This document shows, in pieces, positions 26,279-34,981 of a DNA stretch of 35,354 bases. The number at the start of each line of letters is the position of its first letter. Positions within the stretch are counted from its first letter, which is position 1. The stretch is from the IMG/VR virus record IMGVR_UViG_3300011437_000017, positions 1-35,354 of that record; one strand, 5' to 3'. The notes below the pieces were generated by a model that was not told the origin of the DNA, ran no database searches, and was given only the letters and a program-made list of their open reading frames with translations. The stretch comes from a virus (Duplodnaviria; Caudoviricetes). The translations under genes and the position numbers were made by a program.

Positions 26279-27208
26279 CTATGGAACAGCGACTGTAGCA
26301 GGTGCTATTTCAACTCCGTAAATCTCTCCTTCGGCTAATTCTGAAGGCGGAATAGCAGAAACGACATAACTCTTTCCGGTAGCAAATACACCAGTGAGGT
26401 TGATTAAGCCGCCTGCGATAGTAGGAACCGCTGCAATTACAGCTCCAGTTGCAGCATCAGTAACTACAATGCTGTTTGCAATAGCGACAAGATCAGCTCC
26501 GTATTCTGCAAGAACATCATCACCGCAGCACTCGTCTACCAAATCAACTTTCAAAACGGTAGGTGTTTGAGTACCAACTGCAGTGAATTTCAGGTCTAAC
26601 AGACCCATCAAATCCAGAAGAGGCGCTGCATCGTTCAGCATAACTGCGTTGTCTACGAAGTAATCAGGCATATAACCTAACTGGAAGTACGACTTCGCAG
26701 GATTCTTCAGGTCTGACATATCTATCGCCGGAGCAAACAGAGACGCTTTCAATCCGCTGTAAGTCCCGTCATGGTTGTCTTTACAAACCAAGTTTCCTTT
26801 AATATCTACTTCCATTACCCTCATATCTGCATTATTAAAACTCTTCAACACTTTGGCGAAACAGAGTCCGCCATCGGTAGTTGAAAACAGTTTAGCATAC
26901 TGCGTATAAGAAACGAAAATTATTTCTCCGTTATCAAGGGTTACTGTGTTATCAGTTCCCTTCGTGTTTACGATACCGCTGATAGGAATTTGATTCCCAA
27001 AGAGCGGATAAACTTTATCAGGCGGGTCTGCGTGTACCCACTCGGTAAAGGCTGAAAGAATGTCTGGATTGTTCAAATCATCAAGTGTGAACTTGAACTT
27101 TTTATCGCAGATAATCAACATAGCCGTTGCCGCAGGAAACAAGTTAGAACCAGTGCCTGTGTTTTTTATTTGTGAGCTTGAGGTACAAGCTCTTACTACT
27201 GCACTCAT
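26279..27208 (-). CDS. Major tail (tube) protein
   Basis: Size, position, following terminator, C..NTG N-terminal motif, C-terminal Ig-like extension. Confidence 0.75.
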   Translation of the reverse strand: MSAVVRACTSSSQIKNTGTGSNLFPAATAMLIICDKKFKFTLDDLNNPDILSAFTEWVHADPPDKVYPLFGNQIPISGIVNTKGTDNTVTLDNGEIIFVSYTQYAKLFSTTDGGLCFAKVLKSFNNADMRVMEVDIKGNLVCKDNHDGTYSGLKASLFAPAIDMSDLKNPAKSYFQLGYMPDYFVDNAVMLNDAAPLLDLMGLLDLKFTAVGTQTPTVLKVDLVDECCGDDVLAEYGADLVAIANSIVVTDAATGAVIAAVPTIAGGLINLTGVFATGKSYVVSAIPPSELAEGEIYGVEIAPATVAVP

Positions 27209-27721
27209 TTAGCAATATTTTGTTGAGTTAATTAAAAATTGTACGTTATCCAAGTTAATGCAATCTACATAGTCATTGATACCACTTATAGGAGAAGCTC
27301 CCATTACATCTACCTTTGTGTGAACAATAGAGTTAGGGTCTTTGGAACTCATGTGATGGTCTTTAGCAAAGTTCGACAAGAACGTTTCGTAAACAGGATA
27401 CAGTATCGGCTTGAATGTTTTCTGATAACGAGTCATAGGCTCATCGTCAGAGTTAGTCAATGTTGCAATCGTAATTCTACGAAGTGTAACATCAGCATAA
27501 AGACCAGTTTCACCACGTCTCTCGATAAAAGGCATATAAAGCGCAAGCAATACATACTTCATACCTTTGAGCGAAACACTTTCGTCTTTATCTTTCAAGT
27601 TTTTAACAATGTCAAGAAAATCACCATAGACATAGTTGATATGAATACCAAGTTCTTCGGCAGTATGCAATGCTGCATCTCCTATAATGTCTACGATAAA
27701 AACGCTATCCTGCTTTTTCAT
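27209..27721 (-). CDS. Tail terminator/head-tail completion protein
   Basis: Y.YG..Y.L.AL..R...TFKPILYPVY..D..DCI motif; context. Confidence 0.65.
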   Translation of the reverse strand: MKKQDSVFIVDIIGDAALHTAEELGIHINYVYGDFLDIVKNLKDKDESVSLKGMKYVLLALYMPFIERRGETGLYADVTLRRITIATLTNSDDEPMTRYQKTFKPILYPVYETFLSNFAKDHHMSSKDPNSIVHTKVDVMGASPISGINDYVDCINLDNVQFLINSTKYC

Positions 27722-28227
27722 ATATCGAACTCATTAATGCGCCTGAACTCCCAAATGTCATAAGGACTGTAGTCTGGATATATCTCCGATTTATCACTCA
27801 TAAAGGTTTGAAACTCTACGATTTGACGAGACATCTGATTCCACATTTCAGTCATTTTAAAAGAAATAGGCATGACCTCTGTTCCGTCGCCCTTCGACCT
27901 TACAGTTCCAACTCCGCTATTCCAGACGTGCTTGTCTTTCAACCACATTGTGTAAATATAATTAGCTATTGGACTTCCGTCTACACTATCTGAAATAGGA
28001 TAAACAAGTCCACGCCAATTATCTTTACCATTTATGATTTCAGTAAAGCGTGGGTCTGTTGGAGCGTTCAAGTAAGATGCGTACATTTCATTACCAAAAA
28101 GTTTCCTAATAAATTCCGGCTCATATTTTGCTATGAACAGTTCAAGACTTTCGGCAATCTCTGGTTTTGAAGTGTTAGGAATATTTATTTCCCCAACAAA
28201 AAAAGTAATATCAATTAGATTTGCCAT
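27718..28227 (-). CDS. Head-tail adaptor/connector protein
   Basis: LID..FF.GEI.IPN..I..YEP.F...L.G..SPIANYIY; directly after capsid genes. Confidence 0.7.
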   Translation of the reverse strand: MANLIDITFFVGEINIPNTSKPEIAESLELFIAKYEPEFIRKLFGNEMYASYLNAPTDPRFTEIINGKDNWRGLVYPISDSVDGSPIANYIYTMWLKDKHVWNSGVGTVRSKGDGTEVMPISFKMTEMWNQMSRQIVEFQTFMSDKSEIYPDYSPYDIWEFRRINEFDI

Positions 28228-28244
28228 TGCATCATTTTTACTGG

Positions 28245-28442
28245 TTAGTCATCACTTTCTGGCTCTTCATACCCATCAGGTACTTCGTCTGTTGCGTAAC
28301 CTTTGTCAATAAGACGCTTTGCAACATCTGGATGCACCTTGAAAGCTTTTCCTTGCTCGTGATGCTTATTCCTTTCGGTAGGGAACAGAGTTACGTATTG
28401 CTCTCTATAATTAGCAAGCGTAACCTTTTTTTCTTTTGCCAT
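28245..28442 (-). CDS. Small capsid-associated protein
   Basis: G..F.V...VA.RLI.KGYA pattern typical of post-capsid genes. Confidence 0.7.
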   Translation of the reverse strand: MAKEKKVTLANYREQYVTLFPTERNKHHEQGKAFKVHPDVAKRLIDKGYATDEVPDGYEEPESDD

Positions 28443-28480
28443 TTTGTAATAGTTGAATATGAAGAAATCGAAATGATTGA

Positions 28481-29842
28481 CTATGGAATGACTGGCGTTT
28501 CAATCGCAGCAAGAACGTTGGCGAAAGTATCGTATATAAACGCGCCAGTGTACTGCTCGTTGAAGAATTGGTGAATTGCCATCTCACCCAAGTACGTGAT
28601 AAGGTTCTTTGTGAAATCATCCATCTCCCAACCGAAAGTGATGAACAGTGGTTTGAAAATAAGAACCCTGTAGTACCGCAGGAAACCGGCAAGGAAAGAA
28701 CCGACAGGAATTGAAGCGTCTTCGATTACAGTAGCACCGGAGATGTTCTTTCCATTAGCGGATACGAAACTTGGCAACATATAAACACCGCTATCTGTAG
28801 CTTTTGCCATATCCATGTTTGCGGAGTCAACAGGATTAATCAGGATAGTGATTTCTCCTTGAATGTTACCATTTCTCAACTGTGCAACGGCTGCTCTTAA
28901 AGCATCCATGTAAGTTGGATTATCGGTAACAATTCCGGTCTGCGTGTACGCTACAGAAAGGTTTGTGATACCAGTTGGCTCTGTTGCAGAACCAACATTG
29001 GTAATGAGTGCAGAATTAAGCTTGATGAGAATTTGATAGCGTATCTCATCTTTGATGAGCGTTTCCATTCCTTTCACATCCCACAGAAGTTCGACAGCTA
29101 CTTTATCAGTAACAGCTATTTTCTTGTAGTTAGAAATGTTTGTATCCAACTGGAAAGAAATGGCAGGTTTTAAAACTCCAGGACCTACGAAACCGGCAGC
29201 TCCCTGAACATTTGTTTTGTTTATCCATCCGTAAGCTGATTGGTCTGTAGATCCCTTTGTGAGCATATCCCAAAAAGTAGGTTGAGGGCGAACCGGGTCG
29301 CTTATTGTTGACTCGTAAAAAGGTACAGGAAGAACAGAACCGGCAACGTAAGTGTTTGAAGGAAGCATCGGAACGTTTGCAACTCTTATTTCAAGAGCTT
29401 CGAGATTCATTTTCTTTTTATTCCTGATACCATCCAAAGACTCTTTGTTATCTTTCTGCCATTTTTCGATCTGACCACGAAGTGTCAATTCTTTTCCGCC
29501 AGAAGCTGCAGCTCTTTGCTCAAGCTCAATCATCTTCGCGTCAATTGCAGCGAAACGAGCAATAACTCCGGTCTTATCATCGCACAAAGCACGAACATTA
29601 TCAACAGGAAACTTCTTCCATGCTTCTGACATTGTTTCAAACTCTTTGTACAAAGTATCGTTTTTGAGTTCAGCTTTGGCTGCGGCACGAACCTCTATGA
29701 GAAGCTGTTTTTTAGCATCTTCATCATCTTTATCATCACCGCCACTTCCACCGTCTGTTTTGTAACAGGCGAAGCCTAACCGAGTTCTTCTTATTGGCAT
29801 TTTAGCCGCAAAAGAAGAAGGATTAAAATATGTTCTTTTCAT
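28481..29842 (-). CDS. Major capsid protein, HK97 fold with delta domain
   Basis: Coiled-coil N-terminus; AAGFV.PG.LKP..KKIA....V..E.L.D; INP.D; DF.KN..T...E. Confidence 0.92.
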   Translation of the reverse strand: MKRTYFNPSSFAAKMPIRRTRLGFACYKTDGGSGGDDKDDEDAKKQLLIEVRAAAKAELKNDTLYKEFETMSEAWKKFPVDNVRALCDDKTGVIARFAAIDAKMIELEQRAAASGGKELTLRGQIEKWQKDNKESLDGIRNKKKMNLEALEIRVANVPMLPSNTYVAGSVLPVPFYESTISDPVRPQPTFWDMLTKGSTDQSAYGWINKTNVQGAAGFVGPGVLKPAISFQLDTNISNYKKIAVTDKVAVELLWDVKGMETLIKDEIRYQILIKLNSALITNVGSATEPTGITNLSVAYTQTGIVTDNPTYMDALRAAVAQLRNGNIQGEITILINPVDSANMDMAKATDSGVYMLPSFVSANGKNISGATVIEDASIPVGSFLAGFLRYYRVLIFKPLFITFGWEMDDFTKNLITYLGEMAIHQFFNEQYTGAFIYDTFANVLAAIETPVIP

Positions 29843-30597
29843 CTTTTAAAATTTTGAAGTAAATAATTATAATCTACGCTCTTTTTAAGCGGGTCTTTTT
29901 TTCCAAGTGCAATATGCGAGTTGGTTTCAAAGAGTGCTTTCTGACGAGCAAAAAGGTTTCGTGCTTCGAGCTGCGAATCTTTGCGCAGCGACTTGATGAA
30001 ATATTCTATTTCATCAGACAATTCTATTTGAGCATCATCAAATTCCTTTCTGCTTCTGCAAGCAAATGTTTCAGAATCTGACGCTAATCCAACAACACTT
30101 ATTTCGTGAAGATTAGCTTCTTTATACCAAATGGTATCTTCTTTTTCATCATATTCTGCACTACTCCATACTGGATTAAATCCATTAGAAAAATTGTTTA
30201 ATGTCCCAGAACGAAGTTGTATAATAACTCTATCAGCGCTATCAACATCGTCAAGCGCTTTAGTTTCAAAAAATAAACCAATTTCGTCTTCTTGCAAATC
30301 CTCAAAAAGAGAAAGAGGGTCGCCCTGATTATGCTGGCGAAGAAACTTTATCTGTTGATTTGCGTTTGACTTAGGACCTCGTAAGTCAATACTTCTTTTC
30401 CACGCACCCTTTACAAACCTTTCTCCGTAATCATTTTTACTCGTCCATATAGAAGAGTACCCTCTTACTTTGCGTTGTCCAAGTAACTCCAAAAATGTTT
30501 CTGGAGCATGATACGCATCAGTAGCAACAGCTAAAGACCTCATTATATAAGGTGCTCTGCGTTTAGCTTCTACGATCTTTGAATGAAGTGTCTTCAT
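29839..30597 (-). CDS. HK97-family prohead protease
   Basis: V.GY.S.W...D..GE...KGAW; L.QH; GL.FE; FS.GF; L.EISVV. Confidence 0.92.
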   Translation of the reverse strand: MKTLHSKIVEAKRRAPYIMRSLAVATDAYHAPETFLELLGQRKVRGYSSIWTSKNDYGERFVKGAWKRSIDLRGPKSNANQQIKFLRQHNQGDPLSLFEDLQEDEIGLFFETKALDDVDSADRVIIQLRSGTLNNFSNGFNPVWSSAEYDEKEDTIWYKEANLHEISVVGLASDSETFACRSRKEFDDAQIELSDEIEYFIKSLRKDSQLEARNLFARQKALFETNSHIALGKKDPLKKSVDYNYLLQNFKR

Positions 30598-31090
30598 TTT
30601 CTAATTTTATTATTTGCTTTGTTTTATCAATAGCCATCCCTGCTTCAATCAATCCGAATAAATCAAAGTGTTTTGAAAGAAGCCAAAAGAATTGTTCCGG
30701 CTTAAAACTGTTATTAATGCCAACAGTATAACCCATGCGACCAATCTTATAATCATCAGTCCAAAGAGTCCAATGAGGCTCACAAGCTTTTCCGTTTAAT
30801 TCAGAAACCCATTCAGATTCAACCAGTTTGCGCTTACCATCGTTTACCGAATTAAACCACCATAACTTTTCATCCTCTGTCATATCACTTAAAGTGCGAA
30901 GGATGGGTTTAACCTCTGAATACCTATTGTATGCTGGCTCTTCTTCAGCATTGCCATTAACTATGAATTGTATTTCGGCTTGATATTCGCCTATCCCCGT
31001 TAAATAACCTTTACATGGTTCATCCATATAGTTGCCCTGTATTTCGCATCCCAAATACAAATGCAGATAATCTTTGATGTCCTTTTTCAT
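30563..31090 (-). CDS. Conserved phage hypothetical protein
   Basis: VKPILR.LSDMTE.E ... WLLSKHFDLFGLIEAG.AID motif. Confidence 0.75.
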   Translation of the reverse strand: MKKDIKDYLHLYLGCEIQGNYMDEPCKGYLTGIGEYQAEIQFIVNGNAEEEPAYNRYSEVKPILRTLSDMTEDEKLWWFNSVNDGKRKLVESEWVSELNGKACEPHWTLWTDDYKIGRMGYTVGINNSFKPEQFFWLLSKHFDLFGLIEAGMAIDKTKQIIKLENEDTSFKDRRS

Positions 31091-31091
31091 A

Positions 31092-32447
31092 TCAATTATT
31101 TACATTAGGGTCAACTGGCTCTGGAGCTGCAACTTCTACATTCGGCGCAGTATAATATACGTCTCCATCTGGAACTGTATCATATTCCAAAGCCTGAAGG
31201 TATTGGTTTTTTGTAATGAGTCCAGACTTGTACTGCAAATCCAAAGCTTCAGTTCTGTATTTCAAACTTTGACCAGCAGCCATTACAGCGTCTTGTAATA
31301 CGGCAACATCACCGAAGTAACAAGTTACGTTTGTTTCAAAGTAAGTTGTATACTTGAGCATATCCCTTTTGTTTTCAGGGATAGTAACATTTGTTAAAAG
31401 CCATCTTTCTGAACTGGTACGGTTTTCATAAGTTGCATTTTTGCCAGACATAAGCTCAGCAGGATAAGCATAGCGGTCAGCTATCATATCAATTCCTTGC
31501 CTAATTGTGTTTTTAATGTCAAGTTCAATAGCATTAAAAGACATCGGATTCCACTTTAAGCCATGTCTTGTAACTACGTATTGCCATTGACTCCAGGATA
31601 GTCCATATTGCGTCAAGTCGTCTTGAATCTCTTTCTTTTCTTTAGGATTCAAAGGTACATATCCAGCAACCGGGTCTTTACTGGAATCTTGTGAAACAAA
31701 TCCCAAAGGTCCTTTCTTCTTTAAAAGAACGTTATCAGCTTCCATCCCTGCCATTATATTACTTATAGCCCACTCGAGTCCTGCTATTTTTGACAATGGG
31801 AGTCCCAACTCATCAACTGCGTTCATGTAACCGTCTCTGACAATAAATATTTTCTCCGAAGGAATAACTATATCGTCTGCGTCCATCCAAGACATATCAA
31901 GCACCCACTCTTTGATAGGATTCGGATTCCGCAAAAGAGAAAAATGTTCGTTTTTCTGTGGAGTTAAAAGAATCGGATTCATGTTCCAGAATAATGTAGT
32001 TGTCTTGTCTAATGAAGAAACGAACTCCATTTTGTAAACAGGGCAGTAGCCATATACCTTCTTGTATATCATTTGCTGCCCACGAAACTCGTACCAATCT
32101 TGCATTGGGTTCGGATTAAGCAAACGTTTCTTAACAGCTTTACCATATCTGGTAGTATCATAATCTCGTTTATCATCCAATATTTCTATCTCTCCGTTTA
32201 GATCAGCATTTGTCTGGCGGTCAATGACAGAAGCCAACGGGGAACAATAAAGGTAACTCCAGTATTGCATTTGCTTACTCTGAAGATTTTTCCACATTGG
32301 CGAGTTACCAGTCAAGATAACATCACCTTCACTATTGTAAGGAATGAATCCTACATTTACGTTAGGTATAGCAGTCGCCATACTTCCGAAGATATTATTC
32401 ACCGGGTTTGTTAAACTAATCATTCCGCCCTCATACTGATTTCTCAT
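31092..32447 (-). CDS. Portal protein (HK97 family)
   Basis: LLNPNP.Q; YG..PVY; S.I.GL...I.N; IA..Y..P.EL; ATYEN; GLITKNQY. Confidence 0.9.
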   Translation of the reverse strand: MRNQYEGGMISLTNPVNNIFGSMATAIPNVNVGFIPYNSEGDVILTGNSPMWKNLQSKQMQYWSYLYCSPLASVIDRQTNADLNGEIEILDDKRDYDTTRYGKAVKKRLLNPNPMQDWYEFRGQQMIYKKVYGYCPVYKMEFVSSLDKTTTLFWNMNPILLTPQKNEHFSLLRNPNPIKEWVLDMSWMDADDIVIPSEKIFIVRDGYMNAVDELGLPLSKIAGLEWAISNIMAGMEADNVLLKKKGPLGFVSQDSSKDPVAGYVPLNPKEKKEIQDDLTQYGLSWSQWQYVVTRHGLKWNPMSFNAIELDIKNTIRQGIDMIADRYAYPAELMSGKNATYENRTSSERWLLTNVTIPENKRDMLKYTTYFETNVTCYFGDVAVLQDAVMAAGQSLKYRTEALDLQYKSGLITKNQYLQALEYDTVPDGDVYYTAPNVEVAAPEPVDPNVNN

Positions 32448-32655
32448 TCGTTATTGTACTTAAAGCGTAAGAAAAATCTTGTTTGCGCATAATTGCTACT
32501 ACATCTCCAGCAATTTTCATTATGACCACATCGTCAAATGTCAGAACTTCATCGCAGACACAAAATAAATAATCTCCGTACCATCGTCGCCTATAGACTT
32601 GGAAAATTATCTTGGTTGCTGGTTTAATATCTTCAGCATTTCTTGGTTCTCCCAT
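32431..32655 (-). CDS. Hypothetical protein (start MGEPRN)
   Basis: ATG 9 nt after the leader motif; overlaps the portal start. Confidence 0.55.
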   Translation of the reverse strand: MGEPRNAEDIKPATKIIFQVYRRRWYGDYLFCVCDEVLTFDDVVIMKIAGDVVAIMRKQDFSYALSTITNEKSV

Positions 32656-32664
32656 AAATACAGT

Positions 32665-32680
32665 TTTCCACAAAAAAAAT
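32665..32680 (-). repeat. Leader motif ATTTTTTTTGTGGAAA (copy B)
   Basis: Shares the TTTTTGTGGAAA core, 9 nt before ATG. Confidence 0.6.
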
Positions 32681-32696
32681 TGGTTGGATTTTTAAA

Positions 32697-32761
32697 GAGC
32701 GTCATAGAGCCTCAGAATCGGCTGTCCCGAAGGAGCGGGATTAAGAGAACTCTATGCGCCC
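32697..32761 (-). other. Long imperfect RNA hairpin capped by C(UUCG)G
   Basis: GGGCG-CATAGAGT...TCC-TTCG-GGA...GCTCTATG-A-CGCTC-TTT. Confidence 0.6.
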
Positions 32762-32925
32762 GATTTATGAGAAAGAAGAAGATTAACAAAGTATATGATT
32801 CCTACGACTATGACAATAGAAGTAAAAACTACCTTCCATATCCTGTCCATATCAAGATACTTTATTAATCCTAATGCAAGTGCCATTATGATTACAACTA
32901 ATAATATTTCGTTAGTTAGGTTCAT
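32752..32925 (-). CDS. Small two-TM membrane protein (Thivi_2564-like; holin candidate)
   Basis: ILLVVIIMALALGLIKYL-DMDRIWK-VVFTSIVIVVGIIYFVNLL. Confidence 0.65.
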   Translation of the reverse strand: MNLTNEILLVVIIMALALGLIKYLDMDRIWKVVFTSIVIVVGIIYFVNLLLSHKSGA

Positions 32926-34015
32926 TTTTCTTATATAAATGTTCATACAAAGCAAGTTGGGCAACATTAAGATAACCTTTTATATCCGTTTCTCCACCAG
33001 GAAGCTCTACCATGCCATCCATGTAACCAAGTCCAGCATTAAGAGTTGGGATTATATTGCTTTCTCCGCCCATGTTTTTTACAGAAGCAGTTTGGTTATA
33101 GATTCCACTACCGTGCTTGAACTTCATGTGGATATAATGCATCTGAAGCTGCCACATAACTCCATCTGGCGCAGTCCATTTATCTCCGCCTGTGCTATCT
33201 GAAACACGAAGCCCATTGTTTCCGAGTACGCATCTTCCTTTGAAAAGATTAGCCATGTACTCTCCAATCTCGAAAGCTGTATCCAATTCCTGGAAGAATG
33301 GTTTAACGCAATGCTGAAATTCTGTGAGTGGAATACCTATATTAGTTCGCTTGAATACTTGCATTATGTCAATGCAACTATAAATAGCAGAAAGCGTATT
33401 GGTTGGATTAGCTCCGGCAGCAATCATCTGATCTCTGCGAACAGCATAGTCATCATTATTGCCTATTCCCCATATCATTGGCTCTCCAGTTCCGGTAGCA
33501 GAACCAGTTACAGTTATTTCGCTCAAATATGGGTCTTCGTCATAGTGATCTGCGAGTTTTGTCATTAACCTCTCCCAATACATTAGCCAAGTATCTCCCC
33601 AAAAAGAAGGACAGTAATCTGACGCATCTTCGAATCCGGGAGTTGTCTCGTATCCACTTTTCTCGAATAAAAATTTGTCGCACTTGTTAATAAGCCATTC
33701 GCCAGATAACATTCCGGCAACTACACGAAGTTTAAACTTGATATTAAGTCCCCTTGACTTCATTTTCCTTGCCCAAGTTAGCATATCGTCAATCTGCGAG
33801 AAATCAAAACGATCTTCAGAAGGCCAGATATCTTTCACATGGACGCGAATGACTATAACTTCTACGTATTTGTAAAAGTTCTCGTCTGGATTGTCCATAT
33901 TATTTATGTAGTGATGCTGGCGAAGGCAAAGTCCTTGCAATCTAGGCTTTGAGTTGCTTGGCATATCAGGACAGCCTGTAGTTATTTTTAGTTTTATCAC
34001 TTGTTCTTGTTCCAT
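32912..34015 (-). CDS. Glycoside hydrolase, clan GH-A TIM barrel (GH42/GH5-like)
   Basis: DIWPSEDRFDFSQID..L; KLRV.AG...WL; P.FW..W..L...LA..YD..P; GEP acid/base Glu; VEL nucleophile candidate. Confidence 0.7.
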   Translation of the reverse strand: MEQEQVIKLKITTGCPDMPSNSKPRLQGLCLRQHHYINNMDNPDENFYKYVEVIVIRVHVKDIWPSEDRFDFSQIDDMLTWARKMKSRGLNIKFKLRVVAGMLSGEWLINKCDKFLFEKSGYETTPGFEDASDYCPSFWGDTWLMYWERLMTKLADHYDEDPYLSEITVTGSATGTGEPMIWGIGNNDDYAVRRDQMIAAGANPTNTLSAIYSCIDIMQVFKRTNIGIPLTEFQHCVKPFFQELDTAFEIGEYMANLFKGRCVLGNNGLRVSDSTGGDKWTAPDGVMWQLQMHYIHMKFKHGSGIYNQTASVKNMGGESNIIPTLNAGLGYMDGMVELPGGETDIKGYLNVAQLALYEHLYKKNEPN

Positions 34016-34033
34016 AATTAGTTTTTACTTTAG

Positions 34034-34651
34034 TTATCCCCATTGTTCTGCCATTGCTTTGGCTATTCCTAGAAATGTTTTGCTTCTTGCTATTGATGTT
34101 TTAGCTTTGTCGCTGTGTTTAGCTTCTTTATACCACTTCGGCATTTTCTTGCCGCCAACTATAACAAACTCGCCTTTGTCCACATGAGTTTTCTGAGCGA
34201 ATAAGTCATCTTCTTTAGCGTGAAACAGTTTCGGCAATCCGTTAAGCCATAAACAAGTTGGTTTCTGAGCTTTATCCCCAAAATAAAAAGGCTGGATAAT
34301 TTGGTCTGGCTTTCTATATATTTCGCTCATAATTCCTATTGGATTCTCGATACACCACTTAGGAATATTAGTCTTTGTAAACTTAAGGAAAAAGTCGATA
34401 CCTTTTTGTTGCAAACCCTTTTTCTGTTTTAGTTCAAAGTGTTTAGCTCCTGAAACAGCTAAATGCGTACAAGGCGGAAACGCTATCATCATATCCCAAT
34501 CTTGATCTAGAAGTGTTAGCACATCTACTTTTTTATGGTACGTTGGGTCTTCCCAGTTCGGATACAAATCGCAACTAATAACATAGTGCCCTCGTTCCCG
34601 AAAGGCTTTAGCTACTGTATTACTGCACTCGCAAGCTATTAATACCTTCAT
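34034..34651 (-). CDS. Short DNA cytosine-5 methyltransferase
   Basis: MKVLIACE.S, SCD, FPPCT (catalytic PC), IENP, Q.IQP..FG, K.TCLWL, RSKTF.GIA.AMA.QW. Confidence 0.9.
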   Translation of the reverse strand: MKVLIACECSNTVAKAFRERGHYVISCDLYPNWEDPTYHKKVDVLTLLDQDWDMMIAFPPCTHLAVSGAKHFELKQKKGLQQKGIDFFLKFTKTNIPKWCIENPIGIMSEIYRKPDQIIQPFYFGDKAQKPTCLWLNGLPKLFHAKEDDLFAQKTHVDKGEFVIVGGKKMPKWYKEAKHSDKAKTSIARSKTFLGIAKAMAEQWG

Positions 34652-34661
34652 TTTTTCTGAT

Positions 34662-34680
34662 TTTCCACAAAAAGAAAAAT
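34662..34680 (-). repeat. Leader motif ATTTTTCTTTTTGTGGAAA (copy C)
   Basis: Identical to 25707-25725; 10 nt before ATG. Confidence 0.65.
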
Positions 34681-34789
34681 GTTCGATCTGGCTAAGGGAA
34701 TGTTTTCATTAGGTCTCCGTTAAGGTTCACTAATCCTTTCGCTCTTCGACGAACATTGATCTGTAAATGTGCCAACGTTGGCTTTTTGG

Positions 34790-34981
34790 TTACTCATGGT
34801 CTATAATTGATACGTTTAATTCGATTTCTCCAGTCCAGTCTGCGCCTACGTTTGTAAAAGTAGAACCAGTACACCACTTAAATCCGCGTTCGACTCTTAT
34901 CCAGTATCCACCACCGTAAGCTTTAAACTTTGTTCCTATCGGATACTCTTTCACTGGTTTGTCTGCTTTTGTCCAACTCAT
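34790..34981 (-). CDS. Small hypothetical protein
   Basis: ATGA overlap with the terminase stop. Confidence 0.65.
   Translation of the reverse strand: MSWTKADKPVKEYPIGTKFKAYGGGYWIRVERGFKWCTGSTFTNVGADWTGEIELNVSIIDHE

Noticed and set aside
1683-32097. Nested minus-strand alternative-frame ORFs (1683..1865, 7741..7932, 8740..8928, 10629..10844, 28411..28692, 31897..32097)
   Set aside because: Lie inside stronger genes; no independent evidence. A capsid frameshift into 28411..28692 was considered but I saw no convincing slippery site
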